From an uncultured archaeon (GTDB lineage: Archaea > Thermoproteota > Nitrososphaeria > Nitrososphaerales > Gagatemarchaeaceae): a stretch of DNA of 64,000 bases. Of this stretch, positions 22,027 through 31,986 are shown piece by piece. The position numbers were made by a program, and so were the translations under genes. The stretch is taken from contig CAWCYD010000003.1 in NCBI GenBank assembly GCA_963799775.1, positions 1,248,001 through 1,312,000 on the forward strand. Direction: 5' to 3'. Positions within the stretch are counted from its first letter, which is position 1. Every line of letters starts with the position of its first letter. The notes under the pieces were generated by a model that was not told where the DNA came from, made no database searches, and saw only the letters and a program-made list of their open reading frames with translations.

Positions 22027-22118
22027 TTAAGCACATCGCAGGGCCAAACGGGACGACGCTCGCGGCAAGATTCCGTAAGGACATTTTTTTAGCGACAGGC
22101 CACGGATTCAAGGCGCTG

Positions 22119-22469
22119 ATGAATCCCTGGCCGACCCCGATTGGTCTCGATGCTATCACTGAAACCACAGTGAGGTTCGCAATCTTGGCGTTGAACGGGA
22201 AGGACAGGAGACGCTGGTTCGATCTGTTCTCCGCTAGGCCTCGGTTCTCGGACGACGGTATGACGCGCGACTTTGCAAGATGGTGCGATGACGAGCTCTT
22301 CGGCTCCGTCAGGGCATACATATTCTCCATCGACAATGTGGAGGAGGGAGGACTGACCTTCTACGCGAGCTACCACTCAGACAAGTGGGGAGACTTCAAG
22401 ACCTTCTGGAAGTTCACGTTGACCGATGGGAAGATCTCAACGTTGGACGTTGGCGCGACCGATTACTGA
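22119..22469 (+). CDS. SnoaL/NTF2-like protein
   Basis: YHSDKWGDFKTFWKFTLTDGKISTLDVG. Confidence 0.6.
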   Translation: MNPWPTPIGLDAITETTVRFAILALNGKDRRRWFDLFSARPRFSDDGMTRDFARWCDDELFGSVRAYIFSIDNVEEGGLTFYASYHSDKWGDFKTFWKFTLTDGKISTLDVGATDY

Positions 22470-22548
22470 CCGAGGAGCGAGCGCCTGTTGCCGAATCCTT
22501 GCTGATGGATGAATTCGCAGGCCGTTAATAACGCGGAAAAGCCGTTCT

Positions 22549-22848
22549 TCACTTCTTCCGGGGCTCCCTCATGCCTTCCAGACTGTCCTTGAAGGACCCC
22601 AGTGGGTGGACCTCCCGGTCCATGACCAAGTTGGAAGGTGACCCGAAGAAGATCTCGCCGAGCTCCTCGAGCGTCTCGGTCTCCAAAACGTATCCGTCAC
22701 CGAGGATGTCGAGGCACGGCCCTCCGACTATCTTCCCGGCTTTCTCGAGCTTTCTCTTGTACTCGAGGTCGGCGGTCGCCACCTTCACAAAATCCGCTCG
22801 GTCGAATTGAACTCCGGTCCTCACCTTCTCCAAGACGAAGAATCGCAT
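22549..22848 (-). CDS. small dimeric alpha-beta barrel protein (muconolactone isomerase/YCII-like)
   Basis: LEKAGKIVGG...VLETETLEELGEIF..SP...EVHPL. Confidence 0.55.
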   Translation of the reverse strand: MRFFVLEKVRTGVQFDRADFVKVATADLEYKRKLEKAGKIVGGPCLDILGDGYVLETETLEELGEIFFGSPSNLVMDREVHPLGSFKDSLEGMREPRKK

Positions 22849-22900
22849 GAGCTGAAGGCCCGGGCAGGAGTAATAAGGGTTCGAGACTTGCTCGAAACGA

Positions 22901-25093
22901 CTACTCGTTGTCGATGAACTCGGAGGCCTTCGGTGCATCTTCTGGAAGGCCCTTGCGCTTCCGAATCGACTGGACCAGCGGCAGGAGCATGTTCGTCGGA
23001 ACCGCCTGCCAGAGCTTGAAGTAGGTGTTCCAGACCGCCCTCCCCGCCGTCGCTCCTCTCATCTCCTCGCTCAGGTCCATCGTCTCCGCTGCAGGGATCT
23101 CTCCCTCGACTATGGTGAGCGCCTCGCGCTGCTCGATGTTCAGGAGCTTGCCCCTCTTACCACTGATGACGCTCGTAATCGCGCCTATCTGGTCTGAGGG
23201 GCCCTTGACCTCTATTCCCAGGACGGGCTCGAGGAGCGTGGGGTTGCCGAGGAGCATCGCGCCGAGGATGGAACGTCTCGTAGCCGGCATAAGCTGCGCG
23301 TAGGTCCGGTGGGCCGCGTCCTCGTGGGGCACGTAGTGCGTGAGAGTGGCCTTGATCCCCCTGCAGGTTTCGTAAGCGAGGGGGCCGTTCTGCATGACGT
23401 CCTCGAAGCCAGAGCGCATGGTGTCCATTGACTCTTGCAGGAACTGGACTCCCTTCGTCTCCTCGCAGAAGAGGTTGCCCTTGGGGTCGACCTCCACGAC
23501 CGTCCTCGAGGTGTCCGAGTCCCAGCCGTGGTCGCGCAGGAGCTTCACTATCGTCTTCTTGTCGGTGGTGTCGCTCAGCTCCCCCTTCCGGATTAGCTCG
23601 ACGATGTCCGGGGCGAGCGGCTCGACCTTCATGAATATCTTGTTGTGGCGGTTGGGCGACTTGCTCATTATCGGCCCCGCCCCCTGCCTGATGGTCTCTC
23701 GGTAGTTGGTGATGGGCTCCGAGGTGATTATCTCCAGCCCTTGGCGCTGGATCATCGTGGTGGCGATCTCCAGGTGGAGGACGCCCATCCCCGCCATCAG
23801 GGTCTCGCCGCTCTCCTGGTTGATCGTGATGATGAGGTTCGGGTCCTCGATGTTGAGCCTGCGCATCGCCTCGACGAGCTTGGGGAGGTCGCGCGGGTGC
23901 TTCGCCTCGACCGCCTGCGTCACGACCGGCTCGGAGACGTAGTGGATGGACTCGAAGGGCACCACGTCCTTGAGCGTGGATATCGTCTCGCCCGAGCGGA
24001 TGTCGAGACCCAGTATGGCGGGGATGTTGCCCGCCGGGAGCGTGTCGACTATCTCGCGCTGGAAGCCCATGAAAATCTGGACCGACTGGATCTTCCCCTC
24101 GCGCTTCGAGTTGAGGAGATAGACCTCGTCGCCGTTGCTTATCTGGCCCGAGAAGAGCCTGCCCACTCCGACCAGACCCGCGGCCGGGTCCACCACGACG
24201 TTGGTGACCATCATGACCATGGGGCCGTTCTCGTCGCAAGCGAGCAGCGCCTTGCCGACGTCGCTGTCGAGGTTCCCGCCTGACCAGATCTTGGGGATGC
24301 GGTAGGCCTGCGCCACGTGGGGCGGCGGATGGTGCTTGACGACCATGCCGAGGAGCGCCTCGTGGAGCGGGAGCTTCGGGCCGAGGGTCTTGGGGTCGCC
24401 CGTCGTGTACGCCTCGTAGATGTCCTTGAAGCCCATCCCGGTGGCCTTGGCCAGGTCCGAGTTGAAGCCCCACTTGTCCTTGCTCGAGCCGAACGCGACC
24501 ATCGAGTCCTGGATCTTGACCTTCCAGAGCTCCCTGTACTGCGGCTCCGCGTGGGTCTCGACGAGGCGGTTGAAGTCCGCGACGATGTTGAAGAGCCACT
24601 TTTGCATCTGATCGGGGTTTAAACGGAGTTCTTTGATTAAACGGTCGATTTTGTTGATGTATAGGACAGGACGGACCCGTTCTTCGAGCGCCTGGCGGGT
24701 GACAGTCTCCGTTTGCGTCATTATGCCTTCTACGCTGTCAACTACGACGATTGCGCCGTCTACGGCTCGTAATGACCTTGTTACCTTCCCAGTGAAGTCA
24801 ATGTGCCCCGGAGTGTCAATCAGGTTGATAACGTAGGGAGTTCCGTCCTTTTCGTAGTAAAGCGTGACATTCGCGGCCTTGATGGTCATCTGCCGCTGCT
24901 GCTCTAGCTCCATGTAGTCAAGAGCGAGCGCTTGCCCCGCAACCGAGGGAGAGAGCATCCCGCACGCCGCTAGGAGGGAGTCCGCCGTGGTAGTCTTCCC
25001 GTGGTCGACATGGGCGATGATTCCCATGTTCCGCAGCTGCTCGCGGTTGTGGACGATCTTCAGCGCTTCAGAGGTGGACTTGAACTTCGGCAT
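22901..25093 (-). CDS. fusA: archaeal elongation factor EF-2
   Basis: AHVDHGKTT, DTPGHIDF, NKID, KSPNRHNK, HEDAAHR; 730 aa. Confidence 0.98.
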   Translation of the reverse strand: MPKFKSTSEALKIVHNREQLRNMGIIAHVDHGKTTTADSLLAACGMLSPSVAGQALALDYMELEQQRQMTIKAANVTLYYEKDGTPYVINLIDTPGHIDFTGKVTRSLRAVDGAIVVVDSVEGIMTQTETVTRQALEERVRPVLYINKIDRLIKELRLNPDQMQKWLFNIVADFNRLVETHAEPQYRELWKVKIQDSMVAFGSSKDKWGFNSDLAKATGMGFKDIYEAYTTGDPKTLGPKLPLHEALLGMVVKHHPPPHVAQAYRIPKIWSGGNLDSDVGKALLACDENGPMVMMVTNVVVDPAAGLVGVGRLFSGQISNGDEVYLLNSKREGKIQSVQIFMGFQREIVDTLPAGNIPAILGLDIRSGETISTLKDVVPFESIHYVSEPVVTQAVEAKHPRDLPKLVEAMRRLNIEDPNLIITINQESGETLMAGMGVLHLEIATTMIQRQGLEIITSEPITNYRETIRQGAGPIMSKSPNRHNKIFMKVEPLAPDIVELIRKGELSDTTDKKTIVKLLRDHGWDSDTSRTVVEVDPKGNLFCEETKGVQFLQESMDTMRSGFEDVMQNGPLAYETCRGIKATLTHYVPHEDAAHRTYAQLMPATRRSILGAMLLGNPTLLEPVLGIEVKGPSDQIGAITSVISGKRGKLLNIEQREALTIVEGEIPAAETMDLSEEMRGATAGRAVWNTYFKLWQAVPTNMLLPLVQSIRKRKGLPEDAPKASEFIDNE

Positions 25094-25195
25094 GGCCTAT
25101 CCTTGTTTCAAAACGCTCCCGACCAAGTATAGTTATAATGTTTTACGTGGATTGACGACCGGGCCGGGCCGCTTCGATGCTTCGAGGAATCGTAG

Positions 25196-25913
25196 CTATT
25201 CCGAAGTCATCGCTTCAGACCAATGCTTCGAGCTGGCCCAGACCTCTGGAGTGTAAATGTAGTAGGTGAGCTGGTCTGCTTGCTCCTGGCGCTCGATTAC
25301 GTACTTCCTCTTATCAGTTCGAATGTTTTCGATTATTCGGTTTGTGACCGGCCTGGCGCCACCCCGACCTAAGACAATGACAGTGTGATGAACCTGCCCC
25401 TTCGAGCCGTATCTTCAAGGTACGTGCAGTGATCGAAGCGATGTCAACGCTCTTGATGAAAAAGGCGAAGTCCTCAGAGACTTTTAGGAACGAGATGAAT
25501 CTCGACTGGACTTCCCCCGGAGAAGAGTGAATCTTAGCAAGCCGTGTCAACAACTCTGCCACGATACCTCGCTGAGCCAGCTCCGCTATCCGAAGGGCGG
25601 AAGTTCCAAATCTAGTGACAATCTTCTGTCGGAGATCTTCCAGCCTTTCGGGGTGGCTCTCGAGCGATCGAAGAGCAAGTCCCATTTGGATCTGAATGCC
25701 GATTACCCGCTCCTCTTTTGGGACGAACGGACCTATCATCTTCCATTCGGCGGAATTTCTTTCTTGCTTTACGGTGTTGATGTTTTCGCGATCTTTTATG
25801 AACGCGATCTCTTTGTTTTGGAATCTCTTGATTAGTTCGGGTATGCGTTCAACGGTGAATTCGATTACTGCCCCGGCTGCACCTGCGGCAACTTCCTCGC
25901 CGGGTGAGGACAA
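25196..25913 (-). CDS. hypothetical protein (frameshift near 25400)
   Basis: ORF 25314..25913 continues after shift as QVHHTVIVLGRGGARP...WSEAMTSE* to 25196; lower GC. Confidence 0.6.
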
Positions 25914-25916
25914 GCG

Positions 25917-26186
25917 TTATGGGACTTCCCCATATTCTTCCATGTAGGACGCGATGCTGAGCGGATTATCGTCCAAGACGATCGTGCTCCCAGGGAAAAT
26001 CACCATGTTCTCGAGACGGATTGGCTTGTCGATGTATTTGTCAAGGACTCTTTGCCCGTTCTGCGTCACGTAGACCCCTTTCTCATCGACGTCGAATCCG
26101 AGCCCCTTCAGGAGCCTTATCTTGAATTCCTTTGGCGCATCTTTGAAGCTAACTAGTTCCAACTTGTACCCTCCCTCTCCTGGCAA
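25917..26186 (-). CDS. hypothetical protein
   Basis: 89 aa, 3 nt upstream of the previous gene. Confidence 0.65.
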   Translation of the reverse strand: MPGEGGYKLELVSFKDAPKEFKIRLLKGLGFDVDEKGVYVTQNGQRVLDKYIDKPIRLENMVIFPGSTIVLDDNPLSIASYMEEYGEVP

Positions 26187-26457
26187 TAGGATAATGACGA
26201 AGAGTCATCGCGGTATAAAGCTACCGGGGCCGCCTTAAGGTCGCCAATGTCAACCTTGTGTGCCATTTGGGTTAGCATCGGCTCCAGCAGCTCGCCTTGG
26301 TTATGGCTGACACTTCGGAATATAATACTTTTCGAAGATTTCTCATTATAATCATTGTGAAGGGGTAATCCGTTCGACCTGGCGCGTCCCTTAGGCCCCA
26401 TAATTCATGGTTGGGGGCGGCGCTCATAGATACCACTACACCATTTCAATGACTTGG

Positions 26458-26684
26458 ATGGCTCCCTCGCTTACCGAAAGAGACCGTAAAGAGTTGAAAG
26501 AAATCCTCGACAATCCCGCGAGGAGCGCCGAACTCGCTAACAAGACGATTGATGCACGGGTTCTGCAATGACTCGAGTTTCGGAGATACTCAAGAAGGTT
26601 AAGGAACCAATCCTGACTGCAACCTTGCCTTCGAAGAATCCTTTGAAGCAAAGACGTAACGGGGCAGGGGGTCAAACACCTTGA
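26458..26684 (+). CDS. two-ORF cassette X copy 1 (ORF1 26458-26571, ORF2 26568-26684, truncated)
   Basis: MAPSLTERDRKELKEILDNPARSAELANKTIDARVLQ* and MTRVSEILKKVKEPILT..., paralogous to 30497 and 37311 copies. Confidence 0.55.
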
Positions 26685-28081
26685 GTGTGACGATTTCGCT
26701 CCCTTTGATCAACGTCCTCTCTTTCGCGTTGATGGCATTCCCATCTTCGATTACAGTTCGCACGCCGCCTTTCTTGAGTATCTCTCGAACGAGCGGCCAC
26801 GGGTCATTCGGAAGCCGGCTAGCGTTCAGCTGGTCGACCCAAATTCCCGCTTCCTTGGGTTCCATTCCATGCGACGCCTCCCATTCCTTGGATCTGCGTA
26901 TCACATCCGCAATCTTCCCAAGAAGCTCGGTCCATTCAGGAGATTCTTCGTGTGTGTTGTCAATCGTAATGAGGTATTGCGGCGACACCATGATATCGAA
27001 GGGAGCAACCGGGTCAAAATCTCGCAGAAGCCCGGATATCACCGAGTTGTCCTGTGGCGCTGGACTGGCTCCCACGGTCACTTCGACTCGAGGGGTCCAG
27101 CCGCCGCCTTTGAAGTCTATTGCGTTCTTGACGTTGGCCTCGAGCACGTGTTTCCAGGTCGGCTCGCTGGTGTCGATGTAACCTCTTCGCAGGTTCCTGA
27201 ATCTTTGTGGCCAGCTGCTGCGCCGCGTCTCCTACGAACCCCCGCAAGACGTTGCCGCCGTAGAACCCAGCTCCGAGGAGAAGGCCGATTCCCACGGACC
27301 ATATCAGCACGAAAGCCACATTCAGAGGCCCGATTGTGGTGGGATCCAATGTGAGAATCTGGGTGCTGGAGAGAGGATTCTCTGACGGAAATCCGTCGCT
27401 GAAGTAGGCCCATTCAGCATAGCCGAATGCGAACGACAGGAGCGCTATCGCGACACCCGATTGCCAAGATGAGCTGAGCGCCTTGTTCATCCAGAAGGCG
27501 ATGATCAGCGTCATGAAACCAGGAAGGAGGATGAGCGCGAGCGAAACGGGGATCAGGACTCCCCCGAGCGGGAGGCTTGCGGGAGTCGAAGACTGGATGG
27601 AAAGGCTCTCCTGGGCATTCCCAACTGATGAACTCACAAGCAGGAATAGCGTGTATTGACCCGCGGGCGTTCCCGGAGGCACGTTGACCTGGAACTGGAG
27701 GAATTCGGTCCCGTTCGGTTGGAGTGGCAAGAGTGAGTAGCCGAGGGACGAACGTACCGAAGCACTTGAAGCGGAAGAACTGTATTGAACGCACGGATTT
27801 GTATTCAGTTTGGGAACCGTTGGTGTCGAGCCCTGGAGGCTAGAGTTCCAATGCGGAGGAGCAATCAAGCAGATCTGCAATGCGGTCGCGTTCGCTTTTC
27901 CAGTGTTGGAGATCAGAGCGGTCAGTGTGAAATTCTGCGTCTCGAGTACCTGGCTAGGTGAGGCAAATGTCTGGAGGGTTATCCCGTCTCCCGACGCCGC
28001 GTTAGAGGGCAAGAGAGGATACGCAAACAGAGTAGCCACGGTGGAGAATAGAAGGAGGAGCCACCAGCGCCTCACTTCCAT
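26599..28081 (-). CDS. secreted Ig-like (NEW3/CARDB-like) domain + multi-TM membrane protein (frameshift near 27210)
   Basis: Signal peptide MEVRRWWLLLLF, FQVNVPPGTPAGQYTL, three TM segments, cytoplasmic tail in ORF 26599..27147. Confidence 0.6.
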
Positions 28082-28340
28082 GAGGGAAATTGCTGCGGCT
28101 TGCTTAAAGCCTCTCGCACAGGATTCTCGAACGTCTAATGGAATGTGGCTTTTTGAGAGGCAGGCCGCCTCGAGCACGAGCGTGGGCAAGTGGAAGGGCT
28201 GCGAGTACAACTCGGCCTGCCCGAAAGGTTTGTTCAGGCCGCCGTGACTTGAAAGGTCCGATGGCGGCCCTCCATATGTCTCCTGCCGACGAAGGGCTTT
28301 CTCGGGCTTGCTTTTATACTCAAACGCACTAATACAATCC

Positions 28341-28706
28341 GTGTTCTGTCCAAAGTGTGGAACGCAGAACGCGGACGGCGCCGCTTTTTGCGTAAGCTGC
28401 GGCCAGAGTCTTTCCGCAGCGCCGCGAGCAGATTCGGCGGGGCCGTCACTAGGGGACAGGAGCTCGAACAAGAACCCCTGGATCGCGGCGATTCTGAACC
28501 TATTATGGGGCTTGGGCTATGTCTACCTCGGCTTGAAGAAGGTACTGGGAGTTCCGACGATCGTGTTCGTCATCCTGGCGCTCGTCCTCGACATCATCCT
28601 CGGGATCTTCACCGCTGGGCTTGCGAGCCTCGCCTTGGCGATACTGCTCGCGGTAGACGGCTGGCAGAAGGCCAAAGGCGGCAAGGGATTCGTCAGCGCA
28701 GAATAG
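28341..28706 (+). CDS. zinc-ribbon + TM2-like membrane protein
   Basis: FCPKCGTQNADGAAFCVSCG, KNPWIAAILNLLWGLGYVYLG. Confidence 0.85.
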   Translation: MFCPKCGTQNADGAAFCVSCGQSLSAAPRADSAGPSLGDRSSNKNPWIAAILNLLWGLGYVYLGLKKVLGVPTIVFVILALVLDIILGIFTAGLASLALAILLAVDGWQKAKGGKGFVSAE

Positions 28707-28811
28707 GTAGCGGCTGTCCGAGAATCACGTCGCCTATTCCGCCGCCCGATGTGGATGGTCAGAACGGCGCGACCGGCTGTGGCCGAGAAGCCTGCTTCCG
28801 GTGGACGGGGG

Positions 28812-28886
28812 TCATGTCGACAGGTACCTTTCCCCCTTTAGCAGCCTCATCGCCATGATGAAGAGCGCCATGTAGTGTGAGTCCAT
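28812..28886 (-). pseudogene. duplicated 3' end of the NUDIX gene at 30773
   Basis: MDSHYMALFIMAMRLLKGERYLST* vs MDSYYMTLFIMAMRLLKGDRYLSI*. Confidence 0.8.
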
Positions 28887-28956
28887 CCCCTGACGCGAGC
28901 CTCTCTAGACGGACATCGGAAACCTGTATAGCCCTCTGCCGCCCGAGACTATTCCC

Positions 28957-29280
28957 TTGCCGACCTGCCCAAAGTGCGGTAAGTTCATCAGCGAGAGCCA
29001 CTATGAGAGGCACCTCCGGCGCTGCGGCATCGAACGAGATGAAGAGCCTCGGATTACAAGCCAGTCGGTGGCGCGAATGCTCGAAAGCCGCGAGCAACGG
29101 AACGAGCCCGGCCACCCGACCGAGGAGCAACATGCTGGGACCCACGCGGGAACTGACTATCCGCCCGACGAAGAGCCCCGCGGGACGAACTGGACCAAGG
29201 TCGCCGCCTACTTTGTCATATTCCTGCTAATCGGCTCCACCGTGGTCTTCTTCTTGCTCTACTTTCTCTCCGTACTCTGA
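28957..29280 (+). CDS. Y copy 1: Zn-finger (CPKC..H...C) protein with C-terminal TM anchor
   Basis: MPTCPKCGKFISESHYERHLRRC ... NWTKVAAYFVIFLLIGS. Confidence 0.7.
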   Translation: MPTCPKCGKFISESHYERHLRRCGIERDEEPRITSQSVARMLESREQRNEPGHPTEEQHAGTHAGTDYPPDEEPRGTNWTKVAAYFVIFLLIGSTVVFFLLYFLSVL

Positions 29281-29297
29281 GGCGGGGTTCACAGGCG

Positions 29298-29468
29298 ATG
29301 TCCACCTCCCAGACTTTGGAAGAGGAGCCATACGAGTGGGCGTACGACGCCCCCCAGGGCAAGTGGGTCAAGGTCACGGCGAAGAACAGCAACGGGAGGA
29401 AGTGCGGCCGCTGCGGGTGTGCGTGCCCGTGCAACTGCCCCGACTGTCTCCACCATTGCTGCTCGTAG
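29298..29468 (+). CDS. Cys-rich metallothionein-like miniprotein copy 1 (56 aa)
   Basis: MSTSQTLEEEPYEWAYDAPQGKWVKVTAKNSNGRKCGRCGCACPCNCPDCLHHCCS*; below ORF-track cutoff; two paralogs. Confidence 0.8.
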   Translation: MSTSQTLEEEPYEWAYDAPQGKWVKVTAKNSNGRKCGRCGCACPCNCPDCLHHCCS

Positions 29469-29477
29469 GGCGCCTCG

Positions 29478-29664
29478 TCACCTTGAATGGGCGTTGAGGC
29501 AGCGGACCGCCTCGTCGGTGACCAGTATCCGGTCGGCTGTGACCGTCTCCTCGACGGTGAAGGAGACGATCCTCACGAACCGCAGGCCCGCCAGGTCGCG
29601 CGCGGCCACGGCGGTCTGGACTCCTTTCGATGGTGAGCTTGAGCTCGACCTTCTTGTCAGGCAT
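29478..29664 (-). CDS. Z copy 1: 61-aa hypothetical protein (extra A near 29626)
   Basis: MPDKKVELKLTIEGVQTAVAARDLAGLRFVRIVSFTVEETVTADRILVTDEAVRCLNAHSR*, paralog of 36965..37150. Confidence 0.7.
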
Positions 29665-29876
29665 CAAGGCGCGCTTGCTCGGGATACGCCCTAAAGGCCG
29701 GGGCGGACAAGAATTCTTTACCAGGGACTCGGGGCCCCGGACTTCGGGGAAGGTTATCAGAAGGCGTAATCCGCCGCCCAACATTTTTTAGGTCGGAAAG
29801 GTTGCTGCGCGAGAAGAGGGTTTGTCCTCATGCTGAGGAAGAGTCGCTCCCGTGCAGAATGGCCTGGTGGTCCTCG

Positions 29877-30302
29877 ATGAGCGAATCCGATGAAAATGAG
29901 AGGTACTATTCGGCGCTCGGCCTTCCTCCAGACGCCACCTTCGAACAGGTGAAAGCGAGGTTCAGGGAGCTCAACGACGCGTATCTCAAGATACTCGAGC
30001 TGTCGCGGGCGACAAAGGCCGGCACACCCCTTCAGGCCTCCTCGACCGATGAGGAAACAGGCCAACACGCACCGCAACTCGATGCAAATCCAAAGCAGCG
30101 GTTCTCGCCTGCTCCAGAGACGCACACCGAGCCGATATGGAAGCTCAAGGAAAGATTCGCGAAAGGAGGCATTCAGAAAGCCGAGTTCGAGAAACGGGCG
30201 AAAGACCGCTGGAACTATCTCAAGAGCAGACCCTTCAGCGAGCTGACAGACGCCGAATACGAAGAGAGGCTAAAGGGGTTTGACGGGCTGAAGTTTCTAT
30301 GA
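29877..30302 (+). CDS. J-domain-like (no HPD) + SHOCT-like protein copy 1
   Basis: YYSALGLPPDATFEQVKARFRELNDAYLKIL; PIWKLKERFAKGGIQKAEFE. Confidence 0.75.
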   Translation: MSESDENERYYSALGLPPDATFEQVKARFRELNDAYLKILELSRATKAGTPLQASSTDEETGQHAPQLDANPKQRFSPAPETHTEPIWKLKERFAKGGIQKAEFEKRAKDRWNYLKSRPFSELTDAEYEERLKGFDGLKFL

Positions 30303-30496
30303 CGATAGACGCCAAATTTCCGCAACTCCCATGGGGGATGTTTCCTTCTCCCCGGGTTTGTCGTCCGCCCTGCTCGAGACAGGTCTCGAGTCTTATGGGA
30401 AAGGTGGGGAGCCTATATGTTAACCGAGTCTAGCCGCGGAAGCCGGATAGGCGTTTAAATATTGCAAACAGATATTTTGTCGATTAGGTGTGCGAG

Positions 30497-30753
30497 ATGC
30501 TCACAGAAGAAGAGCGAAAGAGAGTCAGAAAAATCCTCGACGACCCGGTGAAGAGCGAGGAGCATGCGAATAGGGCGATAGACGCATGGATCCTCCAGAG
30601 AAAGATCTCCCGGAAATCCTCGAAAAGCTCGAGAAAACCCTGATGAAGCGCATTCCTCTCGCATATGAGAAAAGTCCCGACGACCTCTTCGATGAGCTAT
30701 CGGCGCTGGACTTAGTCTGGTCGTTAAAGGAGAGAATCACGCACAAGGCGTAG
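30497..30753 (+). CDS. two-ORF cassette X copy 2 (ORF1 30497-30643, ORF2 30586-30753)
   Basis: MLTEEERKRVRKILDDPVKSEEHANRAIDAWILQRKISRKSSKSSRKP* and MDPPEKDLPEILEKLEKTLMKRIPLAYEKSPDDLFDELSALDLVWSLKERITHKA*; TTTAAATA upstream. Confidence 0.7.
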
Positions 30754-30772
30754 GCCCCTATGCGAGGGCGTT

Positions 30773-31423
30773 TCAGATTGAGAGGTACCTGTCCCCCTTT
30801 AGCAGCCTCATCGCCATGATGAAGAGCGTCATGTAGTACGAGTCCATCTTTGGGACGAAGCTCCCCTTCGTGACCTCCAGCTTCGCCTCCGTCGCCTTCC
30901 CCGCCCTGTCCCACTCGACCCCCGCCGCCTTGATCTTCTTCGCCCGCCCCGAGAAGAGCCTCAGGCCGTCCCATATCCTCACCTCCACGAGCGCCCGGAC
31001 CTCGAGCGGGTCTACCCTATAGGCCCGGAGCGGCCGGTCGTCCCTGATGAAGAAGACCTCGGCTATCTCCCGCTTCGAGAGCCCGTCGAAGCCCGACACG
31101 TCGACCCGGCTCCCCAGGGGGACGAGCTTCTCCACGCCAGGGGCGATGCCAATCTCCTCCTTTATCTCCCGCGCCACGTCCTCGAGCTGCTCCCCGGCCT
31201 TGTAGTGCCCGCCGACCGTGCTGTCGAGTAGGCCCGCGAAGGTGGGCTTGTCCTCACTCCTCACCTGGAAGATCACCGCCCCGCCCTTCCTTTTCGTTAC
31301 TATCCAGCAGTGGAGGTTGAGGTGCCAGAGGCCCTTCCTGTGGGCCTCGTTGCGCGTGACCACCCCGATCTTCTTCAGGGACTCGTCGTAGACGTCCACC
31401 GGCTCGTCGTCGGGCGATTCCAA
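30773..31423 (-). CDS. NUDIX hydrolase (IDI-1-like)
   Basis: AHRKGLWH, GLLDSTVGGHYKAGE...REIKEEIGI. Confidence 0.88.
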   Translation of the reverse strand: MESPDDEPVDVYDESLKKIGVVTRNEAHRKGLWHLNLHCWIVTKRKGGAVIFQVRSEDKPTFAGLLDSTVGGHYKAGEQLEDVAREIKEEIGIAPGVEKLVPLGSRVDVSGFDGLSKREIAEVFFIRDDRPLRAYRVDPLEVRALVEVRIWDGLRLFSGRAKKIKAAGVEWDRAGKATEAKLEVTKGSFVPKMDSYYMTLFIMAMRLLKGDRYLSI

Positions 31424-31543
31424 TACCGTCTCGCCGAGGTGCTGGCCGCTGATAAACGTGAACTCGACTCTTGCACTGTGAGGTGGCCTGTTGGAGAGGA
31501 CTTTGGAAACACGTATAGGCCTCTGGCCGACCACGACCATTAT

Positions 31544-31750
31544 TTGTCGACCTGTCCCAGGCCCCATTCCTTCCATGCCACCCTGGCGACCCCGCGGACA
31601 GAAAGTCCGGAAAAGGGGGACGACTACGGCCCTCCCAGCCCGGAGCAGGGCGGGATAAACTGGACGAAGGTCGCCGCGTTATTCGTCCTGTTCCTCCTCA
31701 TCGGCTCCTTGGTGATCTTCTTCGTCCTCTACGCCCTCTCGCTGATGTGA
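31544..31750 (+). CDS. Y copy 2: membrane-anchored peptide (Zn finger lost)
   Basis: MSTCPRP...NWTKVAALFVLFLLIGSLVIFFVLYALSLM*; upstream region similar to that of 28957. Confidence 0.6.
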   Translation: MSTCPRPHSFHATLATPRTESPEKGDDYGPPSPEQGGINWTKVAALFVLFLLIGSLVIFFVLYALSLM

Positions 31751-31986
31751 GCGTCAGGGACCCGCTACGGCCAGCGAGCTCCTCGCCCTTTGTGGGCGCC
31801 TCCCAACCCTGAATAATGGGTGGGATAATGGATGGGAGAGATGCGCCCCGCGCGGCTCGTTCCTTTCCTGATGCCTGCGGCCTCGCTCGTCGGCGAATCC
31901 CTGATGTCGCGACAGCTGGACACCCAATCTGGACGTCGGGCTCGCCCTGCCGGTCGCCTTTGGCCTGGCCTTCTGGGGAATCTTGG

